A program made the position numbers and the translations under genes. Positions 24,101 through 37,384 of a DNA stretch of 64,000 nucleotides are shown in pieces; the stretch's first letter is position 1, and the number at the start of each line of letters is the position of its first letter. Source of the stretch: Paramoeba atlantica (taxonomy: Eukaryota > Protista > Discosea); the NCBI GenBank assembly GCA_977017575.1, contig CDRNVI010000160.1, positions 34,746-98,745 on the forward strand. The letters are read 5' to 3'. Below the pieces are notes generated by a model. The model had not been told where the DNA came from. It saw only the letters and a program-made list of their open reading frames with translations, and made no database searches.

Positions 24101-27100
24101 AGCGAAGATAAATCAGAAACGAAGGTACAAGCACCATCAACTTTTTCATAATTTTGTTTCTCTTTTTCTCTTTCGATTCCCTGAGCCAATCCAACACCAT
24201 CCCAATGGAGTCGAAAACACTAAGCGCCAAATCTCTCACTCCTTCATCCCATCCAACTGTACCACCCGAACCAGTCATTGTGGTTGTTGATGTTGTGGGG
24301 GTGAACTCTGTGATTGCGCTCAGTGGTTTTCTCAACCATTCGTATAATGACAACAAAAAAGAAACAACATAATCTCCAGGCCCATTCATGATCCCATGAG
24401 AAACAATAGCACAAACGAGATCTTTTACTTCATTTTTCTTCCACAATGCGGGGGAGAGAGACTTAACAAACTCCCCAACAAGCTTGAGAGCATCCAAATT
24501 AACAAGTTTAACTTTTCTTGCTGCAGACTGGATCATCCACAATGCAGGAGTCACATCAACCATCGACTCAATCACGAGATTTTGTAAATCTCCAAGTAAC
24601 TCCGAATCCATCTTAACAATTCGCAGCAATTGAACAAAGATTTGATACAATGAATCAAAAGCAGATTCAAAGTGATGAAAGGGGGATTGAGCAGCAGAAT
24701 GAGGAGTTGAAAGGTTGACAGGTAGAGTTTTAAATTGTTGTTGAAGTCCTTTCCGACTTTTTCCCTTTCGTTTCCTTGGAGAAACAGAAGGAGTAGAAGA
24801 AGATGGAGGTTCAAACTCTGCCTCAGCTTTTTGAAGAGAAGAATGTAAAATGAGCAAAATCGTGTCTAAACCGTGAAGCACAGACTGTGATGCCATTTTA
24901 ATAATTGGATCACTCCCCTCTAAACTCCATAAAATCATTGAAGCAAGATATGGAAACTTATTTGCAGAAGTTGTACTTGAGAAGTGAGAAGACTGGAGAT
25001 AGTTAATAAACGTCTGACGAACATCTAAAGAACACTTAATCGCTGCGGACATTTGCACAAAAACAGCAAACAAATGAAAATCAATCTTTTGTCCATAGTT
25101 TCCGTCCAAGATCTCAAACAATCGTGGCCCAATGATAAAAATACTTTGAGCTAACTCGACAACATCAGCTTTTAACAGCTCTTGCAATTGAACCCCGATA
25201 TTATCCCTCTCTTTTTGATTCAAAAAGGAATTTAAATGCTTATTCTGGCTGAGGTGATTCGAGACAGTTAAAGTTTTGACAGTTAACCGAAATTTCGCTG
25301 CCTTCTTATTTTCTCCTACTCGCTGAAGAATAACTTGATGACTTCCATTGGTGATTCGAGAAGAATCTTGACACAAAGAAAGAGACCCTCGATACCGAAT
25401 ATTGGAAACTTCCTCCCACAAATTAAAGACCACTTTCATCTCAAAAATCCCAAAGTTGCCTTGAAAAGCCAACTTTAACACTTCATCAAAACAAAGAGAG
25501 AGAGAATTTCGAAGTGCTGGAGAAGTATGAACTGCTGGAGGTTGTTGCCTATCGATTGTTACACATTTAATAGGATTCCCATTCGAATCTGTCACTTCGG
25601 CTGAGAGATGGAAAGCAGATCTTTGCTTCCTTTCATCTATTTTGGGGCGCTTGGTATCGTCTGGTTCCAGGTTTTGGAGGGTGAGATAGATATCCGTTCT
25701 TTTGTAAAGAGAAAAGGAATGAGTCAAGAAAGAAAAATACATATGAATCATAAATCATCATAAATGAAGTAAAAATTGTGAAAAATAAAAGGAATATCAA
25801 AAAAAAAAAAACCTTTTCCGTTCATTAAACCAATTCAACTCCAAGGGGACATTCTGAGCATGGATAGCATTCACAGGAATTTTCTTCACCGCTCCCCCAC
25901 CACTCATATCACCAAGTCTTTTCTCCTCAAACAAATCGACATCCAAAGATAAAGAAAACTTAAAAGGCAGAGGAGCAACATTTGGAGAAGAATTAATAAT
26001 CGATTCATGCAATTTAGGGAAAACATGACCTAAAACAGGTGTGGAAGGTTGATAAAAACACATTTGAATTGTACTCGAATCCAAAAAACTCCCTTTCCCT
26101 TTTTGTCCGACCTTTCTTTTCAACTCTGCCAATCCCGAAACACAAGGCGAAAACTCAACTTTCCAAACTCCAACACCAAGATAATTCTTCCACAAAAGAG
26201 ATTCATCAGATTTACCAACTCCTCCTCCTCCTCCAACACCTCCTCCCACTGCATCACTACTCGCTGCCAAACCTGACACAGAGAGAGAAGGGAGAGAGTG
26301 AAGAGGAGAAAATGCACGACAAACAAGATAAAGTGAGTCTGATTCGCAGTATCGGATTGGGATACTTTTGAAGAGAATCGGTGCTCTTTTTTCCCCTTTT
26401 CCTGTGACTGATACCTTGAGGAAGTTTTGATGTTAATAATATTATTTAATATTTTTTTTGTTCAAATTTGGACACAATCATAACATTTCAATACACAATA
26501 AAACACAACAAAACAACACCCAATTGATAAACAAAATAAATCAAACTTGAATAGTCTCAGTCCTCGCAGAAGAACTCGCCTTATCCCACAAAAAGAAACA
26601 CAATGTAATCGGCGATGTCACAGTACTTAAAGACCTCGTCGTGACACACAAATAGAAAAGAATCTCGTCTGGAATTCGCCGAAAACTATTTAAGCGAACT
26701 TTGGAGAAAATATTGAGAGATCTTCCTGAGAGTTTGTCACGTGCTACTTTCATTTCTCCTTCTTGAACTCCTCCTGTTATTTTTTCTCTGGAAAAAGAAA
26801 GTTAAAAAAAAAAGACATCTATTTTTTTCTCCTTGTTTTTATCTCTCTTCCACATCCCTTTTCTCTCTTACTAAAAAAAGAAAAACCTCATTGGTTCCTT
26901 GGGTGGTCCGTTGACTTGAACCTGAATTTCAGAGAAGGAAGAAGATATAAGAGGAGCAGCAGAGGAGAAAGAAGATGAGACAGAGGAAGAGGAAGAGAAA
27001 GAGGAGGAAGTAGAGGTCGAGGAGGAAGAAGAAGAGGAGGAAGTAGAGGTCGAGGAGGAGGAGGAGGAAGAGGAAGAGGAAGAGGAGGAAGTAAAGGTCG

Positions 27101-29781
27101 AGGAGGAAGAGGTATTCTCTTCAAGAGTGGTCTGGGCAGTCGCAATTGCTAAAATATCTGCTTGTATCAAAGTAGAAGGACGAGAAGCAGGAGAAGATGG
27201 GACAGAGGAAGAAGGAGAAGAAGAAGCTGGAGAATGAGGAGGGGAAGAGGAAGGGGAGGAAGATGGGGAAGATGGAGAAAGGAGTGAAGAAGAGGGAAAA
27301 GTTGGAGAAGAAGATGCTGAAGAGGTAAATTCTTTCTCTTTTTTCAAAGAACTTTCACTCTGATTTTCGTCTTCTCCGAGCTCCAAATAATCAGAAAGTT
27401 GAGAAGTCGAACCAGACCGATATTGAAAGGGAGTTGGATCTTCTTTTGGATTTGGTCTTATTTGGGACGAAGGAGAAGAATGTTTTGGGGGTGTGAGGCC
27501 ACGTTTAAAAACAGGTGTGTCAGATGATGATCCTATCTCTGATGTTGTGGTGTAGGATGATCGGGGGGATAGCATTCGGGGAGGCCTAACCGGAGGTGTG
27601 GTGATCGTCGTTTGAGAAGATGATGAGCCAGCAGAATGTGTAAAAGTGCGTTTCGACCCCCGTAATGAGGGTGGTGTTGTTAATTCTTCTGCTGATGATG
27701 ATGGTTGGGGAGACACAGATCGGTATGTTGGGGCTGCCCCCGTTGGGCCCAATGAGGGTGTTGATGATGATGATGACGATGATGATGACGATGATGATGT
27801 TGATGATGATGTTGCTAATGATGTTGGTTGTGTTGAGGTCGAGGAAGAAGAAGAAGAAGAAGAAGAAACTGCAAATGCTGCAGTGAAAGCTGGTGCTGGA
27901 GATGATTCATCATCAGAAGGGGCAGATCGTCTGCCAATTGTACCTAAACTACTCTGAGACTCTGATGTTCGAGTGAGGCCAAGTCGAGGCGTTGACGCTC
28001 CTCGTTGTGAGGACTGGAGTGAAGGTGCAAATGATCTTGACCAAGTCCCTCCTTTTGGAAAAGCTCTGTTTTGAAAATCAAACAGTGAATCAAACAGCCA
28101 TTTTATAATATCATATAGTTCATCAAAGTTTCACTTCCAATCGACCAACCAAGCAAATAATAATAAAAAAATGAATCACAACAAAAACAAACAAAGAATA
28201 ATAATAAATAAAATACCCATGAAAAGGACGTTCTAAGGATCCAACTTTCAAATGTGAAACCCCACTCCCCCCATTCCCAATTGTTCCTTGACTTGCTGCT
28301 AGAATTCCTGATGAGGTTGTTTCTGACGAAGAAGAAGACGAAGAAATTGAGGGGTGAGAAAAGAAGTTTGAAGAGCCTGAAATAATTTTTCTTCTCGCAG
28401 TAGATACTCCTTTTCCTACCAACATTTTTGAGTCAGGAAAATGTTTTACAAACTCAGAAATAGCCCAATCAACCCATTTTTCAACCAAAAGATCGGATTT
28501 TTCATGTCGCCCCCCAGACCAGTCACTAGAAAGTTCATCAATGATATTCATCTCTCTCTCTCTCTCTTCCTCTTCTTCTTGCAATGAAGCAACTCGGCGT
28601 AATCTTTGACAACATAAATTATAGAGATTAGGTTGTAAGAATTGTCTCCCTTCAGAACCATCACCTTTCCCACTTTCCTCAGACAACCGATCCAAAGCAC
28701 AAAACCCTAAGAGACTCTGGCAAGGTTCAAGAGCAATTTGAGCCTCTCTCTTTGTCGCATCTTCCGCATCAATCGAGCTTGGTTGTGATGAAAACGCAAT
28801 TAATTGTCGTCGATAAGGCAACAATGAACAAATTGACTCAACGTGTGCATGAGAGAAAGATCTTTGAGACTCGGAACCAAATGGATTTCGAGAACTTTTA
28901 AGTAAAATTCTTGATCCCCATTCTTCAATTACATTTGAAATTTCTGTAACAAGTGGGTCTTGATGGCAAACTGATGGAAGACAAGTCATCAACAATTCAA
29001 GAGGATGTTCGATTACTAGTAAAAAAAAAAATCAATGAGTCTGTTTGTCTTGTGTGTTCACTTTCGAACAATACTTCCTCTTTTTTTTGTTTTGTTTTGT
29101 TTTTCTTTCAATCAGCTGATTAAAAAAAAAAAAAGAAAAATGAAAAAAAGAAAAATGAAAAAAAAAAAGAAAGAAACCATCAAAAGGAGTCAAAATAACA
29201 AATGTTGTCGGAAAAATTCCAACAATTGGTTTCGCCTTCCTCGTCTCCCCCAAACAATTCGCAACCACAACACCCCGAAACCAAGTCACAGAAAGAGAAG
29301 GAAGCGTACAACCAGTAGTAGAAACAGCAGCTGGGGCCAAACAAATAGACATTCGGATTTTAGATGAAGAAGTCCCCCCAAGAGAAGAAGAAGAAAGACC
29401 AGGATGTAATACAGAAGGAGCGACCACTGCTCGTGGATTTTCAGGAGGTGGTCTTTCGATTGTCTTCTTTTGCTTTGAAATTCGAGATCCGGTGGTAGTT
29501 TCCCCTCCTGTCCAAGCCATGAAAGCTTGTGCCATTTTTGTTTTTTTCTCTTCATTTGGTTTCTTCTCTATTTTTGAATGTGAAGATTTTGACTTTCTGA
29601 ATAATCCTGATTCGACTCCATCATTTGAAAACACGAAACCTCTCCGAGAGGTTTCTTCCTCAGTTCGAAATCGCTCTTGGATTCGAACCACATCTCCTCG
29701 TTTGAGGTTGATTTGGTGAGCTCCTTTCGCCTCAAATGAACAGAGAACAATTCCGGCTCCATCCCATTTCTCCCATCCCAT
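19573..29781 (-). CDS. DOCK-family (DOCK-A/B-like, SH3-containing) Rac GEF, multi-exon, with long Ser/Pro-rich insertions
   Basis: N-terminal SH3 halves (GIVLCSFEAKGAHQINLKRGDVVRI ... WFRG ... GIFPTTFV), DPLVTEISNVIEEW helical region, C2-like DHR1 segment, and DHR2 C-terminus (GPVENAI, LNGVIDAEVNG-GVKKYQEAFF, LESGLEFHRKFCPEPMKPLQEKM). Confidence 0.85.
23356..23458 (-). repeat. Coding 15-bp tandem repeat (PRASS/PRAPS, about 7 copies) in the DOCK gene
   Basis: gcacgaggagaag(a/g)a units on the + strand; PRASSPRAPS in the minus-strand translation. Confidence 0.85.
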
Positions 29782-30163
29782 TCTTTTTCAAACTTCAGGC
29801 TCAACTGAAAAAGATCTCCAAAATTTGGAGAGAGAGAAAAGAGAAAAAGGGGAACAACAAAAAGAAAAAGAAAAAGAGAGAAGAAGAAAAAAAGAATGAA
29901 ATAAAGTGAAATCAGAAAACGTGAAAACGTGAAGAGAGAGAGAGAGAAGAGAGAAGAGAGGAGGAGGGGGAGGGAAAAGAAAGAGAAAAATTTTGTGGGG
30001 GAAAAGGAGGAAAAATGTTGTGTTGCTTTTTTCCGCTGCATAATTTAGAAACCTAAAAATAGACTCCTATTTCTTTTTTTGAATTGGCCATTTTTGAATT
30101 GTTGAACGTTTTATCTTTGGTTTTCCCCCAGAATTTCTTTCCTTTCCAAACTGACAAACAAAA

Positions 30164-33100
30164 ATGGCCACAGGATGGGATCAACCTGTGATCCATTATT
30201 CTGACCAACAACTCGCTTCTTCAACTCATGAACCACAACAATATGAAAAACAGGTTGATTTTTTTTTTTTTGGAAAGAACGATCAGATCAATCAATTCAT
30301 GATTTCTAAAAAACAAATTCCAAAAAACAAAGGTGATTCAAGAGCAATTCTATAATTTCTTACGTACCTTTCGTTCAAATGGTACCTTTACCTATCGAAG
30401 TCAAATCCGGTCAAATTGTCGTCTTGGTCGACACTTTGTCGAAGTCGATCTTGCTGACCTTGCTGGTTCTTTTATTTTTCTCCCTTTTTCTTCTTTTTCA
30501 TCATCCCTTTTCAATCTTCTTCTTTTCAGCGGAAGAACCAATCGTGAGTGATCAACTCAAAAATACTCCAACACAACTCTTACCTCAATTTGAGAAAGCT
30601 GCAACACGTTTGGCACGTGAAGAAAATCGAATTCAATTACATTCTATTGGGGATGTTGATGACCCAATGGATGAGGCAGCTGACTCTGAAGCTTCTTCTA
30701 CTTCTGGTCCTAGTTCTGGGGCACTCAAAAAAATGCAGGTTTCCCTTTTCTTCTCTTTCTGTTTTTTATATCTCCTCCTCTTGAGATTTCATGACACACT
30801 CAACACACACACACTTCCCTCCTCTTTCATTCTTATTTTTCATCTCTCTCAATGAAAAGGTTATTGTAACAAGTAAGGAGAGACCTATTCCCATTCGGAA
30901 TTTAACTGCAGTTCAAATTTCATCTTTGGTGGTGATTCAGGTTTACAAGCAAGAAAGCAATCAGAGGAGGTGTTGGTACTCAAAACCAAAGAAAAAGAAA
31001 AGAAACTTTCAAGAGAACTCACAGAGAATTTTAAAAAAGGGGATTGTGGTATCAGCATCAAGGACAAGACCTAAAGCCACTCGAATGACGATTATGTGTA
31101 GTAATTGTCATGCAACGACATCTGTCTCTGCTCAAGAGGTTTTTCTTTTTTGACCCCCTCAAAATTCTTTGAGTTTTTCTCTTTTTTCTTTCCCTCTTTT
31201 TCTCCATGATGGTTTGTTTCTTCTCTTTTGATGGACCAAACAGGGATTTAGTCACATTAATCTTCCAATTCGATGTACAAATCAAGCAAGCGAACAACCA
31301 GTGGGAGGGACAGCTGCAAATTGTCCTTTGGATCCATATGTTGTTCTTCCTGATCGTTGCACTTTTGTTGATTGCCAAACTTTGAAACTTCAGGTTTGAT
31401 GATGATTTTCTCTTCAGAAAATGATCACCCTTTCTTTCTTTCCCTTCATCATTTCATTTCATTTCATTTCATTTCATTTCATTCATTCATTCAATCTCTT
31501 CTCTTACCACAGGAATCACCAGAGACAGTCCCAACAGGAGAAATGCCTCGACATGTGATCTTATCTTGTGAAAGAAATTTAGTTGATAGGTATTTTTGAC
31601 CTTGTTTTGTTTAAATAGTGAACTATTTTTATTTATTTTTGTCCCCTTTTGTCTGTCAATAGAAATAATAAATGAAATAGACCATAAAACACAAATAAAT
31701 AAAATAACTCAATCAAAATATCACAGAGTTGTTCCAGGAACAAGAGTCACAGTGATGGGAGTATACAGTACAATGGAAGGAAAGTCAGCAGATGCAGGAA
31801 ATAAAAGAAAGGAGAGAGGAGGAGTGGCGGGTGTTGGTTTGAGAACACCATATCTTCATGCCATTGGGATTGATGTTGATGATCCTACAAAAGGCTCTTT
31901 TAGTCATAATTTTACTCCTGAAGAGGAAGAAGAGTTTGCAAGTTTGGATTTTTTTTTCTTTCTTTCTTTTCTTTTTTCTTTCTTTCTTTCTTTCTTGTTT
32001 TTTTTTTTGAAAGTTTCTCCCTCTTTCCCCTGGTTGCAACTCATGTTTCCTTTAAATTTACCCTCCCATTTTGATTTTTTCTTTTGAACAGATCTCGGAT
32101 CACTCCCAGATCTTTATTCTAAGATCACTCGATCTATTGCCCCTGCAATCTATGGAATGGAAGATATCAAAAAAGCAATTGCTTGTCAGGTAATGTCCCT
32201 TTCTAAAAAGAAACATGAGAGAAATGTGTTTTTGATATTTTTTTTTCTTTTACAAAAAAAAGTTATTTGGTGGATCGAGAAAACATTTACCAGATGGGAT
32301 GCGACTTCGAGGAGATGTTAATATCCTTCTCCTTGGTGATCCAGGTCTCTCTCTCTCTTTCTTTTCCTCCTCATTCTTTCTTTTTTTTTTGAGTCCAAAT
32401 TGACAAATCGTTTTGTAGGTACTGCAAAGAGCCAAACACTTAAATTTGTCGAGAAAGTTGCCCCAATTGCTGTCTATACATCTGGAAAAGGTTTCTTATT
32501 TTCTTATTTTCTTATTTTCTTATTTTCTTTTTTCCTCCTTGAGACTGTTTTTGTGATTGAGAGAGAATAGGAAGTAGTGCAGCAGGTTTGACAGCATCAG
32601 TGGTTCGTGATCCTTCTTCTCGAGAATTTTACCTTGAAGGAGGGGCTATGGTTCTTGCTGACCAGGTTTTAATTTTTGAATTTGCATTTTTTTTTTTTGT
32701 GATATTTTTTTATCCATTGGAGATTTCATTTTTTTTTTCTTTTAATAATTCTCTATTTTTATTTTTTGGTGGATTTATCTTTGCCATTCCCTTTTTCTTT
32801 CTATTTGCTAAAAAAAAATCTTTCTTTAAGGGGGTAGTGTGCATTGATGAATTTGATAAAATGAATACAAATGATCGAGTTGCAATTCACGAAGCTATGG
32901 AACAACAAACAATATCTGTTGCAAAGGCAGGTCTGATGAAATACTTTTCCTTTTCTTTTTGTTGAAAATCCCTCCCCATCAACCCATGGAAGAGAAAACT
33001 CGGAGTCTGATTTTTCAAAATACTTTTTTTTTGATCTATTTTCTTGACTGAATAGGAATTACAACAATGTTAAACTCAAGAACATCAGTATTAGCAGCTG

Positions 33101-34036
33101 CAAATCCAGTCTTTGGTCGTTATGATGATATGCGACAACCTTTCGAGAATATTGAGTTTCAATCCACAATTCTTTCCCGTTTTGATTTAATCTTTTTGAT
33201 TAAAGATGTTCGGAATGAATTAAAAGATCGTGTGATTGCCCAACATGTTATCGGCATTCACATGAAGGGGCAAACAACTGATTCAGATGCTGGAGAAATT
33301 GATATGCATTTATTGAAAAGATACATTTCATATTGTCGAGCAAAGTACAGCCCACGACTTTCAAAGGTGCCTCTTTCTTGTTTCCTCTTCTTTTTTTTGT
33401 TATACTTTTGGAAGAATTTCTCTAATGGAGAATAAAACAGGCAGCGGCAGACGCACTACAAAATCACTATGTCTCCTTCCGATCATCTCTTCGTGATATG
33501 GAACAGAGTCATGGGAGATCAATGTCAATCCCAATCACAGTTCGACAATTAGAAGCTATTATTCGGATTACAGAATCTCTTGCACGAATGCAACAATCAC
33601 AAGTCGCCCGTGAAGAACATTTGACAGAGGCGATACGACTTTTCAAGGTCAAAAATTTTGATTTCTCTTTTTATTTTATTATCTCTTTGTGTTGTTTTTG
33701 AACTCTCTCATATTTTCCCTCACTTTTTCTTTTTGTGTTTTTTTTTTAAAAAATATTCAAAACAATTGGCAGGCAAGTACAATCGATGCAGCAGCAGCTG
33801 GAATTACAGCACAAGACAATGTTTCCCCAGCAGTGCAACAAGAGATCGAACATGCAGAAAATATGATCAAACTTCGACTCCCAATTGGAGCGAGTGTGTC
33901 AGAACAACGTCTCATTTCTGATCTTTCTCACCGAAATGTATCTGTCTTTTCAGTTCGAATGGCAATTCGAGGAATGGTACAAAGAGAAGAATTACTTTAT
34001 CGAAATCAACGAAAAACTCTCAAAAGAAAGAGTTAA
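30164..34036 (+). CDS. MCM5: DNA replication licensing factor MCM5, about 16 introns
   Basis: GDPGTAKSQ Walker [45 protein letters not shown] Walker [10 protein letters not shown] arginine finger, [19 protein letters not shown]; the N-terminal exon layout and these motifs fit MCM5. Confidence 0.95.
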
Positions 34037-34328
34037 TTCGAAGGAGTTGAACCCGCTACCCCGCAACAAAAACAAAACACAAAATCACATTCGCTGAAGA
34101 CCGACATTTTATATCTTTATTTAGAAATTACGTTGTGGGGGTCTAAAACAATTGAAAACGAAGGAAGAAACTTGGAACATGGTTATTTTTGACCATTTTT
34201 TATAGTAGAAATTGATGATAAAAGTGCACCAATGACTTTCATTTTTTGGTGATTTTTTTTTTTTGCGTTTTCCTTTTCTTTCCAACAACTGCAAAGAACT
34301 TTCACTTGTTCACCCAAAATCACACAAA

Positions 34329-35581
34329 ATGTCTGACGACTGGACTCCTCCTCCCGCAGAAGTTATCACTGAAGAAGAGTTTAAGAAGTTTCGGGAAGAT
34401 TGTTTAAATGATGATGGGTGGAATAGTGTCGTGAACAATGACAAATGTCTCGTTTTTTCTAAGAAGGTTTTCCCCTCTCTTTATTTTCTTTGTTCTTTCT
34501 CTCTCTCTCAGAAAAACGAAGAAAAACAAAATATAACGCCCTCTTTTTTTTCTTCTTTTTTTTAGTCCAGCAAATCTGCGATTAATCTTGTCAAAGTTCG
34601 AACCAAATTGAAGGATATCAGTCCCTCCACACTCTACGACATTCTCCATGATCATGCCTACAGGTTTTTTTTTCTGAAAATATTATTGACGAAAAAAGAA
34701 GTTGAAATGAACCTTGCTTGTTCCTTTTCCATAGAAAAACTTGGGATTTAAATATGATTGATGGACATGTCATTGAGATGATGAACAAAACAAATGAAAT
34801 TGGATATTACTCTGCCTCGGTAACTCTTTTTTCCCCCCTCCTCTTTTCCTTTTTTCTTGATAAGAGAGAATTTTTGATTAATTGTTCAATCAATCACAGG
34901 CATCTATGGTCTCCAATCGTGATTTTGTGAATATCCGTGCTTGGAAGGCCCGCCCAGAGCAAGGTGAGTGGTCTATTGTCAACCACAGTGTCACTCACAA
35001 GGACTACCCTGAGAAGAAGGGTTTTGTCAGGTTTTTTTTTTTTTTTGATTTCATAAAATATGATGTCATTTATTTTTCATTTGTCTTTTGTCTTTTTTCT
35101 TGTTTTTTTTTTTCTTGTTCTTCAAAGTGCCAGTCTCCTTTCTTTTCCTCTTTTTTCTAATGTTTTTCTTTTATCAAGGGCTTGGTCCATTCAGAGTGGA
35201 TATTTCATTCAAAAATTGGAAGGAGACGGTTGTATTGAAGGAGGTGGTTCTCATTTTACCTATGTGAGCTGTGCTGATCCTCGAGGTCTCAATTTTCTTT
35301 TCTTGAAAAACTCTTTCTTCTTTTTTTGCGTGTTCATTAAAGAATCGTTGGAAGATTTTCTTTTTCTCTTTTTCTCTTTTTCTCTTTTTCTCTTTTTCTC
35401 ATCCCCTCGTTTTTTCTATCAACAAAATATAGGATGGATTCCAAAATGGGTCATCAACTCCTTTTATAGTTCTTTTGCACCTGGTGCAATTGACAAAATG
35501 TATAACGCAGCGAAGGGATATGAAGAGTGGAAGGCGAAACAAGAGGACCCCAAATTTAAACCTTGGTTGATTGAGGAATAA
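34329..35581 (+). CDS. START-domain lipid-transfer protein (PCTP/STARD10-like), multi-exon
   Basis: LYDILHDHAYRKTWD, EIGYYSA, NRDFVNIRAW, SVTHKDYPEKKGFVRA, DPRGWIPKWVIN motifs across exons. Confidence 0.88.
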
Positions 35582-35866
35582 GCCTGTATTCTTCCATTTT
35601 TTCGAGGAAAAGAAAAGCGATCCAACTCACTCATTCTTCACCAGTTCTCATTCTTCTCTTCAAATAGATGCCAAAATAAAGAATATCCCCTTTTTCATAA
35701 TTTTTTATTTATTTTATTTTTCTTTCCTCTGCTCTCCCTCTCTTTTTTTTTTGTGAACAAAAAAACGCTAACTTTGTGGACACAGCAGAGAGAGAGGAGA
35801 GGAGGTTGGTTTACTTCAAAAAATAATGATGTTGTTTTTACTTTTTTAGACTTTTTTTCTTTGTTT

Positions 35867-36877
35867 TTACATTTTCCCGAGTCTCTGACGAATTGTTGTT
35901 GATGAGATTTTGTATTCTTCTGTCTGAAGCTCTTTTAAAGTCCCTTGTTGGAGTCTTTCGAGATAATTTGGAACTTTAGAAACATCGAGAAGGTAATCGA
36001 TAACAGTGTGGTCAAGAGGATCAAGTCCTTTTTCAGCTCTCTTCTCATTAATTTTTTGAATGGCACTTCCGTTTTCCATTGAGAGAACAATCAAATCCAA
36101 AGAACCATCTGTAATTGTTGGTCCAAATGGATCTCTGAGAGGGAAAGTATTTCGTCCTACACGTCGATTGATCACTCGAATAAAGTGACGAACTTGTCGC
36201 TCTCGATCTTCAAATGGTTCCAGAAACTCGGCATGTTTTTTCTTTTGCAACAATTCTTTTTCTGTCACACCAACATGGACTGTGTTTTGTGCATTAAGAA
36301 CTGCTGCAGAGAGGAGAATTTTATGTCCATCATGAAGATGATCGAAAGTTCCACCAAGGACCGAATGTTGGTATTTCGGAGAATATTGGAAAGACTTTGA
36401 TGTTAACAGAAGAAGAGGTGGGAGACATCGATTCTTTTCATCGCTCTGACTTTCTTGATGATGAGGAGGAAACCCTTCGCATTTGAAGGGAGGAAGAGAA
36501 TCTACTTTTCTTTGAGAGTTCAATTCCTCGAGAGCTTTAACATCTTCTTTGCTCAGATCGTGGGAGAATACAGTCGCAATTGACTCAAGGTCAACCAAAT
36601 GATTTTGACCTTGTATTTCAGGGAGAACAAATACCTTTGTTCTCAAAGAAGATGAGGAAAGAAGGGATTGTGTGCATTCATAGGTTCGAGAGAGGATTTC
36701 GAGGAAAACAGAAAAATCAAGGGAGTCAGCACTTCGAAGACGGATGAAGATTTCTTCATTTGTCTCTCTTTGAGAGACAAACGAAAGGGAGGACTTGAGT
36801 AAATCAAAGTCAAATTGAGGGTATTTTGCTTGAACAGGTAAATCAAATAAAACAGAAGAAGGAGGAGGAGAAGCCAT
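35867..36877 (-). CDS. Phosphopantetheine adenylyltransferase (CAB4/COASY-type cytidylyltransferase fold), intronless
   Basis: VLGGTFDHLHDGHK (HxGH), VGVT, LRDPFGPT and ISSTTIR motifs; ATG of MASPPP at 36877. Confidence 0.88.
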   Translation of the reverse strand: MASPPPSSVLFDLPVQAKYPQFDFDLLKSSLSFVSQRETNEEIFIRLRSADSLDFSVFLEILSRTYECTQSLLSSSSLRTKVFVLPEIQGQNHLVDLESIATVFSHDLSKEDVKALEELNSQRKVDSLPPFKCEGFPPHHQESQSDEKNRCLPPLLLLTSKSFQYSPKYQHSVLGGTFDHLHDGHKILLSAAVLNAQNTVHVGVTEKELLQKKKHAEFLEPFEDRERQVRHFIRVINRRVGRNTFPLRDPFGPTITDGSLDLIVLSMENGSAIQKINEKRAEKGLDPLDHTVIDYLLDVSKVPNYLERLQQGTLKELQTEEYKISSTTIRQRLGKM

Positions 36878-37040
36878 AATATTCGAATGATGAAAGCAAG
36901 AATGAACCAAAAAAAAAAAAAACGAAAATCGTTTTTTTGGCACGTCATTTCAGCAAACCTAAATTGTGGCTAATTTAGCCTTAAATTAGCGATCTATAAA
37001 AAATCCATGACGCCAAAAGTTTTTCTTTTTTGCGTTTTTC

Positions 37041-37384
37041 TCGACACTGGAACAAGAATTGCTTTCGAAGTCAACCTACAGAAAGAAACAACTTTTGTTG
37101 TTGTCTTTCATCAATTTTTGACTTTGGGGAAAGTCCCCGGACCCTGTGGCAGTCAGTGCTGTTCGTAAAGAACTGAACTTAGAAGTGTCTGTGTGTTTTC
37201 AGTTGCAAAGACTTCTTTTGGAAGGAGCGCTGGAACGTTCAAAGCACAGATGTTTCTGGGGAGCTCGTCGTAGCACAGTAATGCAATTAACGCACAAATT
37301 TCTGAAATCATGTCTGTTGGTCATGCAGTTTGATGGAAGATTGTGTTCGTCAACACAACGGGGCTCACTCTGTTCCTGAGTCGA
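37041..37384 (+). ncRNA. RMRP: RNase MRP RNA (ends approximate)
   Basis: GGGGAAAGTCCCCGGACC..GGCAG..AGTGC near 37126 and CAACACAACGGGGCTCACTCT near 37350 match the conserved P4-forming regions of human RMRP as recalled. The ends pair (TCGACACTGGAACA / TGTTCCTGAGTCGA, P1), a P3 hairpin forms (AAGTCAA..TTGACTT), a TATA-like element lies near 36995 and a T-run (Pol III terminator) from 37393. Confidence 0.9.
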
